Origin: Daphnia carinata | Lineage: Eukaryota | Reading direction: 5' to 3' | Length of the DNA: 64,000 nucleotides | Assembly (NCBI RefSeq): GCF_022539665.2 | Contig: NC_081333.1 | Span: 9,796,001 to 9,860,000 of the forward strand | Shown: positions 49,122-62,552 of the stretch, in pieces | How positions within the stretch are numbered: position 1 is the stretch's first letter | How the letters are laid out: each line of letters opens with the position of its first letter | The notes under the pieces: model-generated | Database searches by the model: none | Seen by the model: only the letters and a program-made list of their open reading frames with translations | Told to the model about the DNA's origin: nothing | Translations under genes and position numbers: made by a program

Positions 49122-49347
49122 CTTCTCTAGAACGTGCCGCTGGGACGTCCGTCGGTAATGGCGACGATATCGTCCGTTTGGCTGATGTTGCGGACGGCAC
49201 CTGTGGCGTCGCCACTACGACCGTCGTCAAACTCGTCGCCAGATTTGCGTCTCCGTCGGCGCTATCATCGTCGTCACTCTCGATGACTCGATGGTAGACG
49301 TCGTTTTGTCGGCCTGACGCCATCTCCTTCGACACACAGCCCGCCAT
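49122..49347 (-). CDS. PLEKHG5: Candidate alternative first exon (MAGCVSKEMASGRQND...ARSRE)
   Basis: GC-rich open frame from ATG 49347, donor AAG|GTATTT; phase 1 fits exon 24573. Confidence 0.55.
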
Positions 49348-49815
49348 TTACAAAAATTAAACAATCGCGCACAACAACAAAAATGTCAGGGGAAAAAAAA
49401 AAAAGAAAAGAATAGAGAACACAAGAGGAAGAACACAAGTCTCTCCGTTTGTTTGTTTTCTCTCGCTTTCTATTTCGCCCCCTCTCACACACGCACGTGT
49501 GTCTCTCTTTTCCGCATACGCAATTGTATGCGCCCTTTTGTTTATACGTCACGGTCGGATTGCCTGTTCGTCTCTCACGCTGGTGAACGCGATGGCACCG
49601 TAAAGATACATTGAACAGAAAGAAAAACTAGAAGGACCAATGAAAGAAAGAGCTCTGCAGAACAGGTGATCAACATGGCGTTTCTTCCCTGAGGAAAACA
49701 ACAAGTGCAACATCAGCAAACGCGACAAACGCCAAAGTAACAAAGCCAGAAGGCGAACGGATGCATGGCAGCAGCGGGAGCTAATCCATCAGATTACGTA
49801 TTGTCTCTTGTTTTT

Positions 49816-49851
<36 letters not shown>

Positions 49852-50923
49852 CTTTAAACCGTTAGGTCGCTGTTTTTGACTGTGAGTGACTACGTTGCGC
49901 GTTTCTTTTCTCTTTTTTTCTCACACGCAACACCCAGCGGCGGCATAAGGCAACCCTGTCAGACGCCGGAATAACGCCATCCAGCTCCCCCCCCCCCCCC
50001 CCCCAAACGAATAGCTAATGAATGCTGGAAAGGGCTGAGGCCAACCGGTTTCGCGGTGCGTTCCACAAGTTTGGAAAGGAGGATACGGTTGACTCGTTAA
50101 ACGGTTGTGGAAAAAAAAAAAAGAGAGGGCCTAACTAGAATCAACAGTTGTCTGATGGTTTTGTTAACAACAAGTACGGTACACCCATTAGTTTATGAAA
50201 CAGTTGAACGCAACGAAATTAACAGTGAACAAAATCGATTGAAAAGAGAGACAAAATAAAAAAAAAAAAAAAAAGGGAATTCGCACGCCATCATTTGTTT
50301 CTCCGATTATCGGAAAAATTCATTATCGTTAACGATTTGAAACGATCGCATCCAGTTTTATTACTAAAGCCACGCGATTCTCTCTCGTGTTGGCAATCTG
50401 CGTTTAGCCAACTAGGCCGAAGGCTGTGTTTGTCTAAATTTTTAAAAATTCCTCTGAAAGATTTTTATTGTTGTTATTGTCCTTCTCGTATGCAATTTAC
50501 TTTCCATCTTGCGTTCGACGCCAAAACAATCTCGCAGCGAAGTTAAGCAGAGCGCAACAATGGCCCGCCAACCGCACGCGTTCGCGCTTATAGCGAGCGA
50601 GAGAGACAACTGACAGTACGTTAGAACGCGAGAGAAAAAGAGATTGGAAAAGTAGAGAGAAAGAGAGAGAGAAGAGAGAGAGAGAGAGAGTGAAACGTCA
50701 GAGCAGAAATAGAATGAAGGATATGCAACAGAGTGTACCGTTTCGTCACACCGACAGTCATGGAGATGATTTTCAATTGAAAATGTATTCAAAAAAGAAA
50801 AAGAAAAAAAAAAACCTGCGCCACACACTTAACGGATTGGATACAATCCAGCGGACGGCTATTCTCCCATGACACAGCGGTTGACAATCGATTCAAATTC
50901 GTCTTGCTCATTAGAAAATTTTC

Positions 50924-50955
<32 letters not shown>

Positions 50956-51936
50956 CTCTCGTCTTGTTGTTTTGTTGGTGGTCTGTACGCTGCCCATCTC
51001 GAACGAAAAAAAAAAAAAAAAAAAAAAATAGAAAACGTCCCGACTTCTCATGATTCAATGACGGCAAAAAGACATCCACGCTCGATTATTGCGCTGTCTC
51101 AATCTCATCAGCAAGGTGTGGTCTGCTTCTTTTTAACCTTCGTTTCGGCTAAGCACCCAAAGAGAAAAGAGTTTGGTACGACGCGTCAAACTATTCCAAT
51201 TTCTAATCGCATGTGTAAGCGCGCTCACAACACACAACGCGGATTCTGAATTTCACCAAAAGCTGAATTTCTTACGAATGAATTCAATTACAATGTACGT
51301 CAAACGAAGACAAGGAACAAAATGCTGACGCCATTCCACCTAGTGTAACTTCCATGTTTTGTCAAATGGGATTTGTTTTCTAAAGAAATTGACCTCCATT
51401 CGAACAGGCATTTGTTTTTGGTTCTGCGAACGTGATCACCAAAGAAAAACTGTGCGTTTGTACTAGTTTGTACTTCTTGGAACGCTCCAAGTGTCTACTC
51501 ATTGCAATCCGAGAATGGCAAACTGGAAAGCAAATGAATTTACGAACAAAACGGTAAATTTAAAAAAATAAAAGGAGTTGGTGAAGTGGAATTGAAATTT
51601 TCGGATTGCGACACGATAAGCAACTGGGTTCAAATCGTCCTTTTTGGTTTTCGACCATTTTTCATTCTTTTTTCTCTCGCAATTTCAGGTTCGATTGAGA
51701 ACGGACTGGACACATTAGACCAACAACAAAAACAACAAAACGAAAAGGAAAGCGCAACCGTTCTATATACGGAGGCAACAAGGGCAATTGTTTAGCCGCT
51801 ATTGGCTCTTGCAAAAGGCACACAACCACAGCGGCCGCCGCAACCCACGGCGTCGCCAGAAAAAAAAAAAATAAAAACGAGCGGACTCTGATCGGTGGAG
51901 ATTCAAAGAAAAATAACACGAGGAAAAAAAAAATAC

Positions 51937-52605
51937 TTGTTGCAGCTGTCGATTTCTCTGCGAATGATTGCCATTCAACTGCTGTTGTTGCTGCTGTTGT
52001 TGTTGCAACTGACGGCCTCTGTTGCTCAAAAAACTAGGGAGAGTGAGATGATAGCCCTGGATGTAAGGTTGCGGTCGGAATGTTGGTGCCCTTGTGGTCA
52101 AATTCTGACTACTGCCACCGTGGCCGTTCACTGTCGCCGACAGCGGGGTCGGCAACGAAGGCAACGGTTGCTGGATGGCCACCACCGGCTCGGCTAATTC
52201 GCCTGTCGAGCCTAAGGTGGTGCCACTACGCGAGCTCGTGGGCATAAAAGCCGGCGTGGACGGCCACCGTCTCGGCTTGTTGCGACTCTTGACCCGTCGC
52301 GATCGCCCGAAACTCAGCCAGGCTTTGCCCATGGGCGAACGGGCCGAGAGATCGCCGAGTGCTGATTCATCGTCGCTACAGTCGACGTCTTCTGGGCTGG
52401 ATCCGCAAGCCGGCGCGATGACGTCAGCCGACTCGGACAGAAGTTCTTCAGACTCGGCCGATTTCGGACCGTTGGCCGCCAGTTGTTGCGACTCGGAGCT
52501 GTTCGTTCCGTTCCAGTGTTGATGAAACTGTCCGACAAGCATCGGTAGCGACAACTTGCGCCGCGATTTTAAATTGCTTTTCAAACGGGTCAGTGTCTTC
52601 TCCAT
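51937..52605 (-). CDS. PLEKHG5: Candidate alternative first exon, 223 aa, Ser/Pro/Gln-rich (MEKTLTRLKSNLKSRRKLSLP...QQQQ..RQLQQ)
   Basis: Longest ORF in the window, GC-rich island in AT-rich intron, donor CAA|GTATTT; phase 0 fits exon 26814. Confidence 0.65.
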
Positions 52606-55600
52606 TTTTTTTTTTTTGTCTCTTTTTGTTTACCTTGTGTTGTTTTTGTTTTTCTGAAATCTTTTTTTTTTTTTTTTATCTATTCGAATCTCTCGATTTT
52701 GCCTTCGCTCACGGCTTTTCTTCCTCCCCCAAAAAACACGACAATCATACGCCGATTGATAATGTCCGACTCAATGCCAGCGGGTATTTAAACTTGTTGG
52801 ATGAATACAGAAAGAAAGAAAGAAAAAAAGACAGCCAAGATGAGGAATATGGAGGACAAAAGAATAATAATAATAATAACGTGAAGAAGAAGAAGAAAAA
52901 AAAACACACGATGATGGATGACAAGAGGAAAAATGAGACAAAGATAAGAAATAAAAAGATAGATTGAAGAAACCAGTCGTCACTGCACAGTTATCCAACG
53001 ACCCCGCTTCTTTAAGCTTGTCTTTTCGATTTTTTTTTTTCTAGGTCCTTTTTTTTTCTTCTTTGCTTAATACAATATCTGTCAAAACCGGACGAAGAAG
53101 GCCGTCTTGACACAATCTGACACCCGGATCGGAATCACGAAATTGCTACGTTGTTGCACGGATATCACGGAAAAGTCCCGAAAACCTAGAAACATTCCAG
53201 CCCAAGTGTTGTAGTAGGAAACAGCAACATCAACAACAACAACAAAAAAAAGGGCCAGCAATTTTCAAAGACGAAAAAAAAAAAAAAAAAATGAGAAATT
53301 TGTGCGCACGTCCATCGGCGAAAGAGATCTTGCAAGTAGGAAAGGTGTCACAAACCACTGCGACCTTTCGTGACCCAAACGCAACTAGAAACGCCACACG
53401 ACGCGCCACTACACTCCACAGACGACGATAAAACAAAAAGGCCAAAAATCTCAAGGCGGATGAAAGCAATCCCGAATCACCGTTTTCATGATCCTTTGAT
53501 GACTATGGCTACCATCATTTCGCCAACATGTCGTTTCTCGTTTTTTTATTTTGATAGCGACTCGGAAATTTCCGGCTATTACTGGCACCAAAGTAAACAA
53601 ACACAAGAGCACCCACTACAAGTTGCGCACACAATCGAACGAATAGAAGTGCAAAGAAGACCAAAAAAAAAAAAAAAAAAAACAGAACGAATACACGAAA
53701 CGAATCGCCAAAACTCAAAAAGAATTGTCCTATTTTTTTTTTTTTTTTTGTCTGAATAGATTTTGTGTTGGTTAATTTCGCTTCAACTAATAGCGTCTCC
53801 CGCAACCACAACTTGGCATACGCGACGCCAGCGACCGACTGACTGCGTGTGCTCGCCGGAGTCGCGTGGACTTTCTTTCTCTCACTCTCCTTTTTTTTCT
53901 TCAAAAAAAAAAAAAAAAAGCTGGGCGGGCCGGGCCATAGCTCGGCACTACCTACTATTGCACTGCTGTTTGAAGCTACGGTAGAAAAGACAGGACTTTA
54001 GAAGAGGAGGGCTAGGCCAGGTTGATTCTTTTTTTTTTTTCCTTCCTCCTTCTTCGGTTATGGTTTTTTTTTTTTTTTCTCGGGCTCTTTTCCTTCCTTT
54101 CCGTATGCGATCTAGCCCATTCTTACCATCCTCTTTATTTTTTTTTTTTTCTTCCTTCCCCAATCACCATCTCCCCCTTCTCTTTGCTTCTCTCTTTTTT
54201 TGGTTTGCTTCTCCGAGAGTTCTATCTTTCCCGAGGGAACAAACACTAACACATACACACACACACACACACACGCCAAAGTCAGGTGTAACCACCTTTC
54301 TCTCTTCCCTTTAAAAAAAAAAAGAAAAAAACATACCAACGGGCACAGGTAAAAATATATAGGTCTGAATATCAGTGTGTAAAACTACACACTATGGTCG
54401 AATAAGACCTGTGGCGCACAGGTCGCAACCGCTGGTGGCAATACACGCCTTTGACTCGCAAGCGTTCCTCACACACAGGTAAAAGGAAAACAACAACAAC
54501 AACAAAAAAAACGAATTGCACGTTGCGAAGCTGTTGGCTGTACGACAGAATTTTTTTTTTTTTTTTTAAACAAAAAACAAAAATGAACCGGAAAAATCTT
54601 TTTTTTTTTAAAGACTGTCCTTATTCAAGCAATTAAAATGGTAAAAAAAAGAAAAAGAAGGGAAAGGAGAGATGATTAAGATAAGGTGTACAAGTACAGA
54701 AGAAAAAAAAAAAAAAAAAGAAGAAGAGGAACGGAAGAACGATTGCCTGCTGGGAATATGTTGTAATAAACGGCGTGTAAAAACGATCTCTTACACGTCG
54801 ATTTCGTTCTCTTTTTTCTTGTCCTTTTATTTAGTTTTTTTTTTTTTTTTCCCAGGACTGTGGACATTCTCAAAGGTCTTCTTCACATCCTTTCGCTTGT
54901 AATACGTTAAAGTGCCCTTTTCTGTCGTTATTCCACTTGGGGGTAAATTGCGCCAGAAATTATGGCTGGCTACTGTGGACGCTCACGTTTATTTGCCTGT
55001 TTCTTATACGTTTCCGTTTTTGTTGTCTTTGAACAAAAAAAAAAACTAAAAAAATGTAAAAAATAAAAGAGGAAAAGAGAACGCAAAAACGCTCACTGAT
55101 AGAGTTCCTGTCTTATTTCACGCACGTTCACACGCCGGCTAACCGCCAGTGCCTTCAAACTTGTTCCACAACGTATAGATTAAGTCTATATATTTCTTTT
55201 TCCTCCCTTCTCGGCACGGCTGGGCAGCTGGGCTAAGAGACGAGAGAGAGCTTTGACCGGGCTTTAGTAAACAAAAACAAAAAGAAAAAAAAAAAAACTA
55301 TACGTAATTCTTTGAGGAAAGAATAAAACATAGGGAACACACACTAAATGGCTAGGAATGAAGCAACGAGATTGGAACACGTCGAAGAAAAAGAAGAAGA
55401 AGAAGACCAAAAAAAAAAAAAAAAAAAAAAGAGAAGAGTGTGCGCGTTGTTTAGCAGCTACACCAACAACATGGCGACCAAAGCGCCGGAAGAAAAAAAA
55501 AAACAAAACAAAAGAGCGTCTTCAAATCAATAACATCATCACTAAAGGTAAAAATTGCATTGCCTTTCGGCGTTTGTTGCCAAGCTGCGCTTAGTTTGCC

Positions 55601-56348
55601 ATATTCGTCCACATCGACATTTTCCTTCTTTTAAAAGAAACGTACGAACACACAACAACAACAACAACAACAACAAGAAAAAATTCCCAAAATGCTGGAC
55701 CCTGTCGGCTTGGTGTTTTCGTTCCCTTAAATCCCATCGTAAACGGTTTGATGAGTTCATTCAAAAGGTGAAATGCATATAAATATATTTATATAGAGAG
55801 GAATAAAAATAAAATATAAAAAAAAAAGAAAAAGAAAAGAAGAAGGGAGAAAGAGAAAGAAAGAGAGAGCTGCTACATGAACGGTTTGCCCTCGAGTCTC
55901 GCAGCTGGACGACACCTGCCGAGCATTCACGCGCTCATCCGGCGGCCAACAGTTTCAAACCTTTCGCGCTCCCCTTTCCCTTCCCTCTTTCCTTCTCCTC
56001 ATCAAAATAAATAGAAGTAAAAACGGTAGCTAAGACCTTTCTTGCCCACCTGTTTTACAATCTGATATAGAAAGGAGGAGAGAGAAAAAAAAAAAAAAAA
56101 TAGAAAAATAAAAATTTTAATAAAAGAGAAAAAAAAAAAAAAAAAAAAAAAATGGAGATGACTGGCCGTCCGGCATTAATACATTTTAAGATCCAGGTGG
56201 CCTTCGGACACCTAAATCTAATGTATACACACACGTAGACGTTAGCTACATGTGTGTATTCTCGTCTAACCGCCCGAGCAGCAATTCCTTTCTAGACGCG
56301 TGTGTATTTATTTATTTATTTTTTACCATGGCAACCAAGTAGCTAACG

Positions 56349-56386
<38 letters not shown>

Positions 56387-59300
56387 ATACAGCGTAAAAA
56401 GTTATAGCCTAATGCTTATTCACTTTACTCGTTTCTGCTATTCGATTGGCTGCGGAGCGCCCGGATCCAACCATTTTTCGTTTGTCTTCCGTAAAAAGCG
56501 GAAGGAAAACGAAAAAAGATTGGGGCAGGTAAGATAAAAAGCGAAGCAACCTTGTTAGCTTACTATTATTTTCTTTCTTTCTTCAAAGAAAAAAAGAAAA
56601 GAAAAGAAAGAAAATGCGATCAATCTCCCTATAGCCTGTTACAGCCTTACCCCCCCCCCCCCCCCCCCGGAGGCTGTCGCCGAGTGCTGTTCACGTCGTG
56701 CACGAAATAAAAATATTGAGTGCTTTATTTGGAGGGGACTAAAATCTTAGAGTAAATAAAGAAGAAAAGAAAAAAAAAAAAACGTACTAAAATACTTGTT
56801 GCAAAAGTCTCGATAACTGACGAAAGGCAAGGCCCACCAACTCACTGCGGACATGTCAATGATAAACTACGCTATTTGTTTAGCAACGTTAGTATTTTAT
56901 TTTTTTTTTTTTATTTTTATTCCCCCCCCCCAAAAAAAAACCACCTTTACACTTGCGCCATTTTAAAACGCAGGTGCGTAAACACGACAGCTGCTTTTAT
57001 TTTTTATTTTTTTTTTTTTTTCTATTTTATTACTGTACGTTTGCATGTTGTTTTTCGGGGTTTTTGCCTCAATGCCACAAGTGCAGGTCTCCCATTTTTT
57101 TTTTTTTTTCTCTCTCTGTTCCGTACGGTAAAGTTGTAGTGAAAATGTGGTAGACAGATTCGTGCCGGTACGTGTACATATTTTGACGCAAACGTGTCCT
57201 CGGCTCTTTCATCTGGCTAGAACCAATGACTCACAAAAGGAGCGAAACGTTTGCGACTTACCTGGGTGATATTCAATGCGACGTGCGTCACCACCCGCTT
57301 TTCTTATTTGTCAGGTTTTGCTTCAAATTTTCTGAGAACATTCCGTTCACGCGATAAACGGCGGCATTTTTTCCCCTCAAAAACCCGTCAACAATACAAA
57401 AAAAAAATGTTCACAAAATTCCCACGAAATTTTTTATCTACTCGATTGCCCCCCTTTGTTAAAAAAAAAAAAAAAAAAAAAAAAGATTAAAAACCAAAAT
57501 AAAATTACATTTAAACGCCGTGTTTGTTTTTTTTTTTTTTTTTTTTTTAGTTCTGGGATCCGTCGTCAGTTATCGATCGCGTCCCCGATTGCAACGATCT
57601 GGATTCTAACGAGTTCGGTAAACTGGGATGGCAACGGAAGAGAAATAAATAAACAAACGAGTTCCTTCCGAGAAACGTATCCGGAAACTTGTGAACTAGA
57701 GAATCACGAGGAACTTGTAAAGAAAAGTTAGAATAAGAACAGGTGAAGAAACATTGAGCCATACACACACATACACACACAAAATCGGAGGGGGGACAAG
57801 GAAGGTTTTCCGGAATTCTCGGCTCGACCGAGCTCCGTGACCGCAAAAAGCCCTTGATCTTGCAATGCAGCAACGAGTTTTGAGTTTGTTGTTTTTTTTT
57901 TCTCACACGTTCCTTATGGCTTGAATTTCAGCCAGAATGTCCACGGAAAACGAGGAGGAAAGGAGTAGTCAAGAAGCTACAAAAAAGAACACCTCAAATG
58001 GGGTGGGATTTTACAAAAAAAAAAAAAAAAAAAGAGGAACCAAAGTGAGCAGATTCCTCCGACCGCCCTATCATCAACATTACCGCACAAACAGCCGTCG
58101 ACGTACAATGACCAAACCGCAGAGGTTCTCTCTTAGACGAGACGGGATTTTTTTTTAGCTTTTCTCAGTGGCCACGCATATCTTTGCTAGAATGACGATG
58201 AGACGGGCAAAAGGAAAGGAAAAAGAGCCAAACTACAATGAGAAAAATGAACCCTCTTATGGTTTTTCATTTTCACTTGTTCCAGCGAAAAACGTCCGGT
58301 TGGAAATGAACTTTTTTTTTTTTTTTTTTTTTTTTAGAAAAAATAAAAGAGTGGGCCGAAAGAAATGAAAAGTAAATACAAAAATGGAAGTGAAAATAAC
58401 AACAAAAATTCGCGCCTGAAAACCCGTGGGCCATTGGCGATTTGGAGGCCGTTCCCTCACGTTGAGAAAAACCGGGAGCTGTTCCGAGAAGACAAAAATA
58501 GGAGACGTGAATAGGGGAAGGGCTTCGTGTTGTATTGCGCATCAAAGCCCGTACAGATGGGATGCTATTTTGTTTTCAAATAAGATAAGTACAAGACAAA
58601 CAGACGCTTTGCGTGACACGAATTTTGACAAGTCATGGAATTCTATATTTGGGCAAGGTCGTACGATAACCACATTGCCCCATTGCTTGGTTTTCAAAAT
58701 GTTACCTTCGTCCCACGTTAGTGTGTTACTGTCGTCTCTAAAGGGCGGAAATCAACCCCGCTGTGTTTGTTCTCGAAATTCGCTTCGTCAAAGAAGTCAA
58801 AGGAGACAAACAAAAGATAGCAACAAAAAAAAAAAAATAAGAAAAAAAAAAGAAATAGGCAATTGATTTGAGTCAAGAAGCGGCCGACAGCCCATGGCAT
58901 CCGGTTATTTGTTTCTTCGAAATCATAAACAAAAAAACAGGGTCGCATCTAATGCGCACAATCAAGCCAACAAAAGAATGCAAACAAACCCAAGCACACA
59001 CACACGCGCACGCACACAGACGTACGTACAGGTCTCAAAACAAATGGCAAACTTTCAAGGAAATGGCTCAAGGTAATTTCTTTGATTTGATTCCATCCCA
59101 CGCCAATGGCGTATCACAATCACCGACCACCCAGTCAGGAACGTGGACTCCCCCCCCCCCCCCACCTCCCCATTTAGCCGTCGGAGGGAGTCGAGTTGCA
59201 ATTTCGTGCTTGAATGCAAAAGAAAAAGATAAGAAAGAAAAAAAAAAAAAGGTGCGTCGCTATTATTGTAAGTTATAGCGCAAGGAATTTCGAAACCAAC

Positions 59301-61955
59301 TAGGGCAGCGTATTGACCAAAGTATTTCGGGAAGTTGAGATGAACGATACACAACGCACGTAGCACATCATTACGCGGGACCGAAGGAGCGCGGGATTGG
59401 TCCGAAGGGGGGCCAACAACATCGCAAGCGTTTCGTGGTTTCAGTGCAGAAGTTAAGGTAACTCGATATCGCCATTGTTCCGCGTGATTTCCCTTGCATC
59501 ATCCCCATAGACGGCGGCCTATCCTTTTACTTTACGCAGAGTCTAAACCAAAAAACTTCAAAATAACGTTTTGTCTTGAACCTGGCACGTTATTGTTGTT
59601 GTGGCTAGTTTTCACGATTCAACATTAAAAAAAAAAGAAAGAATACGAATTCAAACCCAAACAATCAGCAAATGGCTTCGATGAAAGTCAGTTCAAATGA
59701 AAAAAATGTTGTGACTATCTGATCGATTTTTCTTTATAAGATTCAAAATTCATTTGGTTGATGTATTTTTTTTTTTTTCTTTGAAAAGGGAAGGTTGGTT
59801 TGCGTGCGTGTGGGTAAGATGTATCTTTAACTGCTCGGATCATTTACGTTCTTACGAAGTGCACTTTCCCTCTCATTTTCAGTCGACTTGTTTCGTCCTT
59901 GTCTCATTTTTGTTTCTGTTTGTTTCGTGTTTATTTCTTTACATCGGCGATGTTGTAAAAAAAAAAAAATGGTTACAAAAAAAAAAGACCTCCTTTAATA
60001 ATTTTCGAGTAACGTTAGTTCTTTTGTTTTGGTTTTTTTCAGTTTCGTTTCGTTCCCTTTAAATTGAAAAATGATGACGGTTGTAATGCGATAAAGATGG
60101 GACTCGAGTCGTTATCGCAGTTGTCCATCCGTGCAGACTACCTTCATTACAGCCATTATACAAGTGCGGCAACAATGCCATTTCTCAGGTGAACGGCCGT
60201 TAAACGAGTTGACGGACGAAAGAAAAGTCGACAACAACAACGAAAACACATAAATAAATGCGAAACAAAACAAAAAAAAACAAAAAACAAAATTCAAATT
60301 AAAGTGGGAGGAGTGGTGGCAAATGAGAAGAATTTCACGACTACCCGTTATTACCATTAGGCATTTTTTTTATAACGCGTGAAACGCGTTGAAATGACAT
60401 ATCACGTCTGATGGCCACTTTTCTTTCAGTTACGGATTTCGTTTTTCCTTTCACTCCGCTGAGGGCGGGAGACGAGAGTTTACTTTAAAAAGAAAAACAT
60501 ATCCCTGCTATTACCAAAGGAAAAAAAAAGGCCAAAAACGCTACACGGGTAGTGTTTCTTTGTCTAGAGAAAAGAAACCTCCTCATCTTCACGGTCAATT
60601 CTTTGTGATCCCGTCTTCATTAAAATAATCCGTGCTAAAATACTGAATCGTAAAAACAAAAAACCAAACAGCTTTTTTAGATATACAATGCGCCATAAAA
60701 AAGATTTACGGAAGGTGTGCGTGTGTGTGCGTGTGTGTGCATGTGTGTGCGTGATACAGACAATCGAAAAACTTTCGATTTTTTGAAAAAAATTCTTTCC
60801 TCAATTTTTTTTTCGCGCCAGTGTTGTCAGTCTACAAGTCTTGTGTCAAACGCCATCTAGCGGCGGGAATATGAACTAAAAGGCAGGAACTTAAAATCTC
60901 GAAAAACGCACGCCATTTCGGGAGATATATTTTGTAAACAAGTAGAAAGAAGAAAAAAGGACAAGAAAAGATTCTATCACGCTCCGAGTTTGTAACCGTT
61001 TTGTCATCTGGCGGAGCATGAAATATGAAAATGACAATAATGCCTTTTGCCACGGCGTAACTAGGCGGCAACAAGCGTCGTTTCAAAATACGATTCATCT
61101 ATTACCATTTTAGTAGCTTCGTGACTTTTTCTCTCTCTCTCCCTCCCCCCTCTCCATTCTTGCTTTGCATTCGTTGCATTATTTTCCCGTTAGAGGACGA
61201 CAATGAATCAAATTAGTTTATTTTCTTTTGTTGTTTCAACTGGATACGCTCGAATGCGTTTTTCAATAGCCCGAAATGTACGCAAATAGAGGGCGGAGTT
61301 GGCGAAGCGTGCGACTATCATTCTCCAACGGACGACCCACGCAGTCGCACTCGACATAATATCTTCAAATCCGTAACCATTAACCCACTTCAAGGGATTT
61401 GTTTTTCTCTCTCTTTCCTCCTTACTTCATGCTTTATGGAACTCGGGAATATGCAATTCAAAAAAGATTTACATTTTTCATCGCATATTCCGTTCGTTTT
61501 TGTTTTTTTTTTTAAAGAAAAATAGACGGACAGTTATACTTCTCGGAGACGTGTAGGTGAAGATGAGGCGAGTCGCGCGTACAACAGGCACGGCTGCATC
61601 CATAACAATATGGAAATAAAGTAGGAGAAGTCAAAAAGAAAAGAAGACGAAGAAAAATACAAAAATTCGTTCGTCATGTTGCGGGTATGAATATCGCACT
61701 TAAGCGAGCCAATCATTAGGGCGGACTTTGTTCAACGTGGAGAAACTGTAAGTTTCCCCAACGGGTGAAAAAAAAAAAAAAGAAAAGAAAAAAAAAAAAT
61801 CGCCAGATGGGCCGACACGCCGATTCGGTCCATTTAGCCTTTTTTGCTTGCCTCATTTGAGCTCTATTATTAGCCCCCCATTTCATCCGAAAACACGATA
61901 AAAAAAAAAAGAAGTCTAATACGTAATCTATCTATACACAACAAACACGGAGAAA

Positions 61956-61998
<43 letters not shown>

Positions 61999-62456
61999 GA
62001 GAAGCGCGCAACACCAGCAGATGGTGCGTTCAAAACGGTGGGAAAAATGGAGCTCTCTCATTTTTCTCGGCTTTTCTTGGGTGGCTCAATTAAACTAAAG
62101 CAGACCCTTTCGCGTCATTGAAATGCACGAAAGCCTCCAGCTTCTCACGAGAGCCAAACGTTTTTCCCAGTCGGTGCGGCGTTACGACCACCTTTAACTT
62201 ACTCTATTTCGATTTTCTTCTTCGCAGGACTACGCATCGTTAGACACCTATCATTTCGTTCTTAATTAGATCATCGCGCACATGTACCTAACACACAGCC
62301 TACAAGCTTCTTTTTTTTTTTTTTTTTTTTTTCTTAAACTCCATTTAATTGTTTCATTTTCTCGTTTGCAAAATGGAGCGTAGGTAATCACAGACACACC
62401 ATCATTTATACTCTTAAAAATAAAAATAAAAAGGATAACGTCAATTTTTGACTTAC

Positions 62457-62552
62457 CACAAGACCGCGTCCGCTGATGATCAGAGCTACGCACCAGGGGC
62501 CTTTGGGGCACGGGCGGCCGACCGATGCAGTACCGTCGAATCCCATCGTGAC
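62457..62552 (-). CDS. PLEKHG5: Internal exon (HDGIRRYCIGRPPVPQRPLVRSSDHQRTRSC), implying the gene continues past the window
   Basis: Strong pyrimidine tract plus CAG acceptor and GTAAGT donor; 96 nt, phase 1 to 1, fits exon 24573. Confidence 0.6.
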
